Part shown: positions 10,901 to 19,790 of the stretch, one piece after another
Layout: every line of letters begins with the position of its first letter
Position numbering within the stretch: the first letter of the stretch is position 1
DNA from: Trypanosoma brucei
Lineage: Eukaryota
Assembly (NCBI GenBank): GCA_000002445.1
Contig: CP000066.1
Coordinates: 640,001-704,000 of the forward strand
Direction: 5' to 3'
DNA length: 64,000 nucleotides
Program-made: the position numbers and the translations under genes
Notes under the pieces: model-generated
What the model was told of the DNA's origin: nothing
What the model saw: the letters and a program-made list of their open reading frames with translations, nothing else
The model's database searches: none

Positions 10901-12521
10901 CCCCGGTATTTGAGCTTTGCAGATCCCTCTTACGCATATATCTTGCGATGTTGACAACTGCAGCCCGACGACGATAGCGGTTAATTGCTAGTGACACTGG
11001 CTGATTTGGTACTTTATATATATATATAAAGGAAGTTAAACGTCACCGTCTTGCCCTCCGTAACCAGATGATGATGGAGATTAACTCACTGTCAAGCAGG
11101 TTAGATGCGCAACGCAATGCGGGACTCCTCAGTTTAAAAAAAAAAAAAAGCATCTTAGTCTACCACTGAACCCGCGGCAACTTGTTCTGACAAAAACTGA
11201 CCGTGGTGTGTTTCCCGCCATTTATTAGGGGAAAATGTCACGCGAAACCAAAGTAAAGAGGGCAGAAATAACTACTCACCAACCTCTGACCTGCTGAAAA
11301 ATGGTGAGGGACAGAGAATGTAGTTGGATTACTCAGCCAGGGATAACTTGTATTTGTGCTCGCGTCATGTGTTTCAGACTAGAGGTGTCATTTGCACAGA
11401 TAGATTCACATCATTGTTCCAACAGAAAGAGTAAATAAGGGGTGACGAATGATAGGGTGCGAAGGAAGGAATAAATAACTCAGAACCAAACGAAGTATAA
11501 GTTTCGTCAAGACATTTCGTACGACAAGAGTGAAACGTTATAGTCATCAGTGGCTTCATTTGTGGTAGCGGTGGTGCCGATCACTTGTGAGCCCGCCGGT
11601 AGGATGAAGGGTCTTCCACTGAACAATAACATGGCGGCGCGCTTTTCCACACCCAACTTTGTTAGGTCACACACACACGAAACAAATCCAACTGAATGTT
11701 CCATTGCTAAGGGTACAGTAGCAAAATGGGAGGAAATAAGTGCATAATCTGCTGAAGCGCACTACCAGTCCCTGGAATGAAGGTGATTACAGATAACTAA
11801 CTTCAACATACTCGAGCATTCTTTCAGCCATTCGAGCGGCCAATAAGGGAACCGTTGCACTTCCTTCCTTTCCTCCTCCTTCCCCCTATAAATATCGCAC
11901 TGGTAGCGCCCACGGGGATGCCTCACCGTCCCTAGGCGCTGCGGCGTCCCATGAACAATATCATGAACGGTTAAACAAAAACAGAAGTAAAAAAGTGAAC
12001 TTTTTGAATACTGGTGGAGGAAGAGGAAATAACAAGTATTTATGCACGACACAAAAATGATATTGGTACAAGGTTGAAAGCAAAGTGCTTTGGAGACCCA
12101 TCGTTGGGGCGAGGAATTTCTCACCACTCCCATTCAATGTGCACGAATAAACTCCCGCCTGCTCCACACCTTTGTACGCTCATTATCTCGTTCACCTTCT
12201 CTCACATCATCATCATTCCTTTATCATCTCCCTTCATTTATGCTTGCACGACAGCAGAGGTGTCATCCCGCAGAGACACACATACACATACACACACGCA
12301 CACGTATACAAATATCATCTTCAGCATGCGACGGCCAACACAGTTCAGTGGGAGTGAGGAAGACGCTAATCACATTCCCTCCATTTATTCCCCCTTGTCT
12401 TTCTCCCTCAGTTTCCCCTTGCGTATTTCCCTCGTCTACTCTCGTCGCTCCCCAACTTCCATGACTAGTCAATAAAAATAGATAAAATTAAAACAAAAAC
12501 AAAAACAAGACCGACAAACCC

Positions 12522-15500
12522 TCACTTCTGCTCATTTCGCTTTGCAGCGAGCTCGCTCACCCATTTCGCCTTTTTGGCGGCGTACTTTTCCTCGGCAAAT
12601 CGCTTCTGTATTTGCAGCTGAAGTGAATTTAACCGCTCGGCTACTTTCAGCAACCTCGGAGCTCCCGCACTGTAACCTTCCTCCTGTGCTGTAAAAGATT
12701 CATCAGGCATAATGGCTGTTAGAATGCTGGCGGCCGGTAAGTGAGCCTTCCGCACCAGTCCAGCCAAATTGGAAATGAGTTTTTCGGCTCTGTTGAGCAC
12801 CGAGTAGGAAAGAGACTGTGAGAGCCCATTGAGTTCCTCCAGCATCGTGAAGCGGTAGTTCTTCCGAGTGGTGTCAATCTGCGCTTTAACGCGGAGGAAA
12901 TCAGCGAGACAGGCGTTGATGAGAACCTGCGCTCCATCATGACGCCATCCGTCTGATACATCGAGAACGGGAAGCAGACGACGGTCGCAGAAGAGATCGT
13001 CGCGGAGAGAAAAGACAACTTCATCAACAGAAGTGAAGACGTCACCGCAACCACTGATGGCCACAAACGGGTGACGAGCCTTAAACTGAACGGCAGATTC
13101 CTTGAGCGCATCCATTAGTGGGAAATCACCGGCGCCGTTGCCAAATATAAGTTGGTCGCCACCCGTTTCCACGTATGGCAAGCGGGGACCTTCACTCGAT
13201 TCCTCCTCTTCCTCCTCTTCCTGCTCCTTTCCCTTCTCTTCTTTCTCCTTCTTCTCGTCCAACCTTGACGCCAATTGGTTGTAGAAGGCAGAAAGCAGAG
13301 CAAAGAACTCTGTGTTATCAAAAGGACGTACGGAGGGGGAGCAAACATCAACGGGCGACAGTACGACACGATGTTGTGTGGCATTTGTTTTGCCCTCCCA
13401 CACCACGCTTACAGCCGGGTCAAGTAAAGCGGAACGATGAATTTCCAGCGGTACACCACATGTTTGGTGGAATGAGAAGAGATAGGCAAGCAGTTCGGCA
13501 ATAGGTTCATCCGTAACACCGCTGTGTAGCTCCTTATCGAGAGCAGGTGGATAGTGAGCCTCATGGAAAACTCCAGAGGTCAGCATGCGAATAAAGGCGA
13601 ATCCCTCATTACCCACATGGGCCTCCCTGAAAACGTACATGACATCTTGCAACAAGGAACCCAATGAAGAGGGGCGGTCCCGAAAGTGGAGTCCTTGCTT
13701 CTGCAGGAATACAAGGAGCATTTGCAGGTACTCTATGGTGAATCCCTCCATGTTACTTTGTGCAAATGCCTCCCGGCGTTGGAAAAAGAGCGGATTAACA
13801 AACAGCCTCTCGGCCAACTTCTTAACGTGCTGCTTCCATGCGTCCTCGTGCTTCAACGATCTGTGCGTGTTATAATCATATAACTGAAGTAGTCGCAACT
13901 GTGATATGGGGTCCATCTGCACATTCCCCTTAATCACCGTCATGCCGCTCGTCATAAGCCGCTTAATGCGTTGCATGGTAATCCCTAGGAAAATCAAGTG
14001 GCCGAGGTGATCGAGACCACGACGACCCGCACGACCCATCATTTGACGGAACTGCGTCGGATTTAACAGGATGTGATCACCGGCGAGTACAACAGAACGA
14101 CACGGGCTGTGAATGCCCAGCGCCAATGTTTCCGTGGAGAAAATAACACCGCAGTGGCGGCCTCGGAACAGCCTTTCCACGTGACCACGAAGTTTACCCT
14201 TCACACCGGCATGATGCATCCCAATACCCCGCTTTAAAGCGCGAAGAAGGAGGTCCTCCCCCTCACCTTCGCAGTCCTTTATTAGTTCCTTTACGACATC
14301 GGGTTCCACGCTGCACCCCGCCCCAATGAAAGTGAACTCGGGAAGAATATCTGGGACTTCGCAGACCTCCCCCTCATCTTCTTCACCTTCGTCCACATCA
14401 CGCTCGGCCCTCTCCACCTCACCATCCTCATTAGTCCTGAGGCGCTTTTGCTTCAGCGTGGACTCGCGTTGTTTGTGCCTCGCCTCCCGCTCCGCGGCCG
14501 CGCGCTCCACCTTGGCTTTGTAGAGGGCGAATTCCTCAGTTTGCCGGTAGCGCTCCTCTGCCTCTTCCAGCTGCTCCACAACGTACTTCACCAAGTCTTC
14601 ACAGTCTTCGGACTCGAAGCTGAACACAATAGCTGGGCCCATGTCCCTAGCGGAAATCTCGCGCAACACATTCAAACTTTGCTCTCGAATAAATTGCCTT
14701 GATCCCGGAAAAGCCGCCTCCGGCACCGCCTCATCTGACTCTTGCTCACTTCTACCCTCAGTGTTGGTCCTGCTTTGTTGTTGTGCGCGCTTCCTCTCCA
14801 TAGCTGCAACAGCATAGCTACCGAGCGCCGCCTCCTTCTCGTTCAACTTTTGCGCAAAGGCTGCAAGGATGGTCTCCGTTGCATGTTTCATCGTGGAGTT
14901 GAACTCTTTCACCTGTTCATCGGAGGAAATATCCGGCTTCTTCACGCTACTGTTGCTTAGCAGAACCCACTGAGCGAAGGCGTCCTTTACTTCCCGTTCA
15001 TACAGACGTGCACGCTGCTGGGTAATATACAAGTCCGCTTCAAAGTATCTCCCTGGCTCAAGGAGCTTGAGCTTCGACTGCAGCATCTGAACCCGCGGTA
15101 TCGAAGACAACTTCGGCCAAATGATGTTATCGAAGGCGGTTCGCATTTCCCCAAATAATGATACCACCTCACTGGGGACAAGGGTAATGTCAGGAGGGAA
15201 TCCCCGCTGGAGTTGGTCCGTTGTGAGGATGGACAAGGGATGTAAGTCGTGGATGTAGCGGTTCTCATATGTGGTAGTGAGTTTCTTCAAAGACGTACGC
15301 GTATCGGGAGGGGGAAGATAAATGTACTTCTTTATGTCATTCCATCGCTGAATGGTTTGGCCCTCCGATGGAAGCACGTGTACCCTATAGTCACGTGCCT
15401 TAGCGGGTGTGTCAACTGCCTGCTCCTTCAGCCGAGATTGCACGCGATTAAGCCACCCACACAGTTGCTGAGTTTCTCCCAGCGTGGCTGAAAGCGCAAC

Positions 15501-18500
15501 GAAAGGGCAGGGCAGAAGGGCAAGAATGCGTTCCCACACGTCACCATTGCCATTGCTCTCCATGGAGTGAATCTCATCGAGAATTACGTAATCGATAAGG
15601 TCAACCCATTCAGCGTACTTGGGTGAAAGCAACATGGTTTCAAATGTCTCGGGCACAGTCAGAAGTACTTGGCAGGAATCGTGGAACTGATGGTAGTCGG
15701 CCCCACCAAGAACACCATAAATATATTTACCACTATTTTTGTACTCTTTGGACCCATAGCGAGCGCAGACATCGGCCACCGCTTGATTAATCAACGCACG
15801 GGCGGGAGCAAGGTACACAACAATCCGCCTGTTGGAGCGGCGAAGAGTGTTATACATGCAGTAATACGAAACAAACGTTTTCCCAGCTGAAGTTGGGGCA
15901 CACACTACAGCACTCCCGCGATTGTCCACGATGTCAAGGAGCTCTCGCTGCCAACTGTCTGGGTTGAAGGCAACGCGGTAATCGGGTCTTCGAATGACCG
16001 GCCGCTCAAGCAGGTGTCCCATGTGAATGAGTTGCATCATTTCTGGTGTGTCGGTCAGTTGCCGCATCCGCGGGAGCATCGTTGGCCCTAACAAACTCGG
16101 TGCCTTATTTTGCCACTGAGTGATGGCACGGTCCAGCTTGCTGTAGTAATCTTCCCCAAAGTCCAGGTGCCTCAGAGCGGAGCGTACCGTGTCAAGGTCC
16201 TCTTGCGATATTTGCAGACCCTCGTTTTGGACCACCGACAAGACGTGATGGTGGCAATAAAGAAACAGCGGAATGGCTACCGATAGATCCGGTGTTTCCT
16301 TGGCCAAACGGGCACGCTCCCGCTCACTACGCCAGTTTTCGAGACGAAGTTTAACTACGAAGCATTTGATTTTCATCTGGATGTGCAGTTCCACGTAGGA
16401 CAGATACACCCACCGCAGGTACGACGCAGCTTCCGCGCTTGTTATATCCGACTTGAACTTCCGCAGCCCCTCCAGTTCTCCCCATTCTGTGCTCTTATCA
16501 CTTATGGTGGCGACGAGGTTATCAATGACTGTAAAACCGTATGGCACAGCAGTCTCCGTCTTCAAGCCCTTTTTCTTGACAGCGCGGTTCTTTGCCGAGG
16601 GATCTTCAAGCGTGAGCGCAAACTCCGCCTCACGGAGCCCACTGGAAGCCACAAGCAGGCGCCACATGGAAATCTTTAACGAAATATCGCTACCTTCACT
16701 CTTTCCAATCGTGCGATCGGGCTCGAAACCTTTGGTGAACTTTGCCTCCGCGAGTCGCTTGACTGCAGCCAAAAGTTTCTTCACAGCGTCATCACGATCT
16801 TTGTTGGTCGTACGTCCGTGCGTTGGGTCGATGCTGCGGAGGTGATCGTCCATTTGCTTCAACCAACTCTGAATGCTACTTGCGGCGTCTTTCAAATTCT
16901 TCTGCTCACGAATTTCATCATCCTTGCTACGCCCCTTCTTATTACGCTGTCCCTCGTGCTCATTATTCCCCTTTTTCTTCTTCGCGGCCGCACCCTTACC
17001 ACACCCTCCTGCACCTCCTGATCCAGCGGCGTCAGTGCTTTCTTGCTCATTATCCGAGCAAACCAAAGTTAGTGGTTGGGCGGCGAAACCACTTATTCCC
17101 ATGGACTGCGCCTGCTGGAAGGCGTTACGGACGAACTTCGTCTGAAACTCCTGCGCATGTCTTGCTTCCTTCTCAGTCATGTGAATCTTTGCCTCACGCT
17201 CCCCATCAGCATCAGTAACGTCGTTGAACTTGTCGAAAGGAGTGGTTATATCCCACCCAATAAGCTCATTGGCGGCGCCGTAGCCATCGGGTATCGGCCG
17301 CTTTGCCTTGTGTCCCTCCACCTTGAAGGTTTTGGCCAGGTGCTCTACTAACTCGTGTTTAAGGTACGGATATTCCTGAAGCTGCACAGGTTGAGGCTGA
17401 GCTAGCTCAGGGAGGCTCCTAAACGGTGTCGAGGTAATGTCAAGTGTGTCGTCGTCCATAAGATACTGCCAAGTCATGGAGATGTCCCCTACACCGTCTT
17501 CATCCAACAAATGGCTTGGCGCTTCTTCGCGTAGCAATCGCGCAACGGCGTAGAGGAGATGTCCGTCGATAATGTCGAATACCTGACCGCCTCCGTTGTC
17601 GCAGCCAGCGTGTCGAAGTGCGCTAAGGAGAAATGGTGAGATATCCGCAATAAAGTTTTGGAGCACGGCGCTGGGTAATGCCGCCTGGGCCCTGGCCTCG
17701 CAGCTCAGTATTCCCACAATGTAAGCCGTTATAACAAGGGCCTGACAAAGCTGCTGCTCTTGTTCGCTTCGTTCCTTCATGGTTAGATAGGTGCGTACTG
17801 CCGAACAGACAATCTTCTCACGGAATGTCAGGTCCTCGTTCAGCACGTTCAATGATTTTTGGGACAATGTGGGCAACGTCACTTCACGTTCGAGTGATTG
17901 AGCCAACGCGCGCACCTCCGGCTCGATTCCCAGCGAGCGCTCAAGGGTTGAGCCGTCCACGCCCATGGTGAAGACGATCATAGAGTTCTCCCTGTAGATG
18001 ACACGAGACGAGTACGCGACTTTGAGGCGGCGGGAGGCTGCCCAAAGCAGCAGACATCGAATATACATAGCCGCATCATTTCCTATTTCCTCGTCCTCAA
18101 CGATGCTCCTGTACGGCCGACGTGCAGGCACAGCGACGGCACCGCTGGAGTTGACACCTGAGGATGCATTAGTTGTTTCAACCTCCGGATTGACAAAAAA
18201 CTCTTGCAGCGGGTTCAAGGAACCCAGTTGCTCACCGTCAGACATGAAGATAAACTCCGGCTCCCACTCTTTCAGGTAGGTCTCAAAGGCCTCACTATGG
18301 AAACTTGGAAAGGTACGCACGGTGAAGCGGGAGCCGCCTGGGCACTCGCTCGCGGCTGTCAGTGCCAGTCGTAAGTTTTCCCTCATCAGCATTTTCGCAG
18401 GGGCTCGTTCCCACATCCACAACATACTATCGAAGAAAACAATGTGGAATCGGGCCCCGCGGCACTCCATATCGAAGAGCAGCTTTTGTGCATTGTACAT

Positions 18501-19034
18501 GACATGTAATGGCTGTATGAGGTCCCAGTCTACATTTGGTGGTGAGAGGGCAGACATGAACAAGGAATCACCGTCTATAAAAAACATCTCCGTTGCGGCA
18601 AGATGTGCGAACATGTCACAGAGTTCGGGCCGTGCAGTGGCGTAATGGTGCTCCACCGCCGTACGCAGCAGCTCTTCTTCAATCACAGCTCGCATCTTCC
18701 CATCCTTCTGGACGGCAGCAACAAGGAACTTCCACGCATTGCGTTCCTCTTCCTCGTGCTTCAGGGTGCCGACAATTCCACCGGCTGGTGGCTTCCCTCC
18801 GTTTCGGAACGCGGATAACACGGCGTCACATACGCGACTTAATGCGCTGCGGCGACGTGCAACTTGAGCGATTTTCCCCTCATATGAGGCATCAGCCTCT
18901 TCCTGAATCGGAATGTTTTTGGCTTCGAAAATGGCCTGTAGGGCCCCTACGGTATCCATAGGAATTTTTAAAAAATCATCATCCTTGAGACAGTTACCGA
19001 ACAGCAGGTTAAGATCCCGTTGCTGAGTAGCCAT
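12522..19034 (-). CDS. 2170-aa superfamily-2 DExH-box helicase, Ski2-like / DDX60-like. The helicase core sits in the middle of a very large protein
   Basis: ATG confirmed. Motif I CAPTSAGKTFVSYY, motif II VILDEIHSME, motif III ALSATLG, motif VI QMMGRAGRRGLDHLGH. The helicase-C region (IGMHHAGV...VIFSTETLALGIHSP) matches the Ski2/Mtr4/Brr2/DDX60 pattern. Confidence 0.8.
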   Translation of the reverse strand: MATQQRDLNLLFGNCLKDDDFLKIPMDTVGALQAIFEAKNIPIQEEADASYEGKIAQVARRRSALSRVCDAVLSAFRNGGKPPAGGIVGTLKHEEEERNAWKFLVAAVQKDGKMRAVIEEELLRTAVEHHYATARPELCDMFAHLAATEMFFIDGDSLFMSALSPPNVDWDLIQPLHVMYNAQKLLFDMECRGARFHIVFFDSMLWMWERAPAKMLMRENLRLALTAASECPGGSRFTVRTFPSFHSEAFETYLKEWEPEFIFMSDGEQLGSLNPLQEFFVNPEVETTNASSGVNSSGAVAVPARRPYRSIVEDEEIGNDAAMYIRCLLLWAASRRLKVAYSSRVIYRENSMIVFTMGVDGSTLERSLGIEPEVRALAQSLEREVTLPTLSQKSLNVLNEDLTFREKIVCSAVRTYLTMKERSEQEQQLCQALVITAYIVGILSCEARAQAALPSAVLQNFIADISPFLLSALRHAGCDNGGGQVFDIIDGHLLYAVARLLREEAPSHLLDEDGVGDISMTWQYLMDDDTLDITSTPFRSLPELAQPQPVQLQEYPYLKHELVEHLAKTFKVEGHKAKRPIPDGYGAANELIGWDITTPFDKFNDVTDADGEREAKIHMTEKEARHAQEFQTKFVRNAFQQAQSMGISGFAAQPLTLVCSDNEQESTDAAGSGGAGGCGKGAAAKKKKGNNEHEGQRNKKGRSKDDEIREQKNLKDAASSIQSWLKQMDDHLRSIDPTHGRTTNKDRDDAVKKLLAAVKRLAEAKFTKGFEPDRTIGKSEGSDISLKISMWRLLVASSGLREAEFALTLEDPSAKNRAVKKKGLKTETAVPYGFTVIDNLVATISDKSTEWGELEGLRKFKSDITSAEAASYLRWVYLSYVELHIQMKIKCFVVKLRLENWRSERERARLAKETPDLSVAIPLFLYCHHHVLSVVQNEGLQISQEDLDTVRSALRHLDFGEDYYSKLDRAITQWQNKAPSLLGPTMLPRMRQLTDTPEMMQLIHMGHLLERPVIRRPDYRVAFNPDSWQRELLDIVDNRGSAVVCAPTSAGKTFVSYYCMYNTLRRSNRRIVVYLAPARALINQAVADVCARYGSKEYKNSGKYIYGVLGGADYHQFHDSCQVLLTVPETFETMLLSPKYAEWVDLIDYVILDEIHSMESNGNGDVWERILALLPCPFVALSATLGETQQLCGWLNRVQSRLKEQAVDTPAKARDYRVHVLPSEGQTIQRWNDIKKYIYLPPPDTRTSLKKLTTTYENRYIHDLHPLSILTTDQLQRGFPPDITLVPSEVVSLFGEMRTAFDNIIWPKLSSIPRVQMLQSKLKLLEPGRYFEADLYITQQRARLYEREVKDAFAQWVLLSNSSVKKPDISSDEQVKEFNSTMKHATETILAAFAQKLNEKEAALGSYAVAAMERKRAQQQSRTNTEGRSEQESDEAVPEAAFPGSRQFIREQSLNVLREISARDMGPAIVFSFESEDCEDLVKYVVEQLEEAEERYRQTEEFALYKAKVERAAAEREARHKQRESTLKQKRLRTNEDGEVERAERDVDEGEEDEGEVCEVPDILPEFTFIGAGCSVEPDVVKELIKDCEGEGEDLLLRALKRGIGMHHAGVKGKLRGHVERLFRGRHCGVIFSTETLALGIHSPCRSVVLAGDHILLNPTQFRQMMGRAGRRGLDHLGHLIFLGITMQRIKRLMTSGMTVIKGNVQMDPISQLRLLQLYDYNTHRSLKHEDAWKQHVKKLAERLFVNPLFFQRREAFAQSNMEGFTIEYLQMLLVFLQKQGLHFRDRPSSLGSLLQDVMYVFREAHVGNEGFAFIRMLTSGVFHEAHYPPALDKELHSGVTDEPIAELLAYLFSFHQTCGVPLEIHRSALLDPAVSVVWEGKTNATQHRVVLSPVDVCSPSVRPFDNTEFFALLSAFYNQLASRLDEKKEKEEKGKEQEEEEEEESSEGPRLPYVETGGDQLIFGNGAGDFPLMDALKESAVQFKARHPFVAISGCGDVFTSVDEVVFSLRDDLFCDRRLLPVLDVSDGWRHDGAQVLINACLADFLRVKAQIDTTRKNYRFTMLEELNGLSQSLSYSVLNRAEKLISNLAGLVRKAHLPAASILTAIMPDESFTAQEEGYSAGAPRLLKVAERLNSLQLQIQKRFAEEKYAAKKAKWVSELAAKRNEQK

Positions 19035-19659
19035 GCACTGCCTTACTCACCTTTCACCTTCTTTCAGTTCCCTTTTTCTCCTTCCCTGAATTTTACCCTT
19101 TTCTCTTGTTCGCTATATAAAAACTATAACCTGAGATTTCTCTTTTATATGCCTGCTTTTTGTTCTGCTTCTTAGGATCACTTAGTTAGTTTATTTTTTT
19201 TATTTTATTTTTGTTCTGTGCGTGTATTTCACCTTTGTTAGCTAAATTTCTGACAGATAATGTGAGCAGAAAGAAGGAAAAAGGATTAAGCACTACGTCC
19301 ATCTCATGGTATTACCGGCGCGCAACTTAAACATTCCGCATTTTTTATGCAAAGGAATTTCAAGTATGCCGTGGATAAGCAAACACACGAACACAGGGAA
19401 GGAGAGACCGTCGCAGCATACACAACTGCGTGCGAAATGCAAAGGAGCGGCAAGAAAAGAAAAATGAAACAACACCGACAAAAACAGAAGACGACAAACG
19501 TCAACCATGGATTGGGTAGCCGCAATATTATAAAAAGTTATGGCCCTCACGCCTTCCTGCCGAGACAAGTGTGGATTTTCATCGCAGGTTGGAGGTCGAC
19601 TACGAAAGTCTCGTACGACACCACTGCAGCGTCGTTTGTCTCCCAGTGTGCCGCCAGTC

Positions 19660-19790
19660 CACCAAGCAGCAACAAAAAAAAAGACAGGGAGAGAGGAGGA
19701 AGAAAACGAAAAAAACAAAAAGGAAAGGAAAGGAACACGAGAGCCGTGATTCCAAAAGCAAAGTTAATATACACGCTTTTATTTTCTTAG
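19660..19790 (-). promoter_or_regulatory. Sense-strand polypyrimidine tract (purine-rich on the plus strand) between the PGAP1-like and helicase genes. Candidate trans-splicing/polyadenylation signal
   Basis: Plus strand reads aaaaaaaaagacagggagagaggaggaagaaaacgaaaaaaacaaaaaggaaaggaaagg, which is poly(C/T) on the coding strand. Established kinetoplastid mRNA processing uses such tracts. Confidence 0.4.

Noticed and set aside
11470-11560. Possible C/D-box snoRNA on the minus strand: cTGATGAc at about 11544 and CTGA at about 11481, roughly 65 nt apart
   Set aside because: Box C and box D are short enough to occur by chance in 4.5 kb. No convincing terminal stem and no clear C'/D' boxes. Cannot be supported without covariance-model or RNA-seq evidence.
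12014-12475. Plus-strand 153-aa ORF containing a THTHTHTHTY stretch
   Set aside because: It is translation of an imperfect (CA)n/CACATACACA microsatellite. It sits on the wrong strand and has a low-complexity composition.
8160-12500. Searched the ORF-free stretch for tRNA genes (A-box and B-box GGTTCGAnTCC) and for units related to the tandem array
   Set aside because: No B-box-like sequence and no recognisable similarity to the 1514-bp unit.
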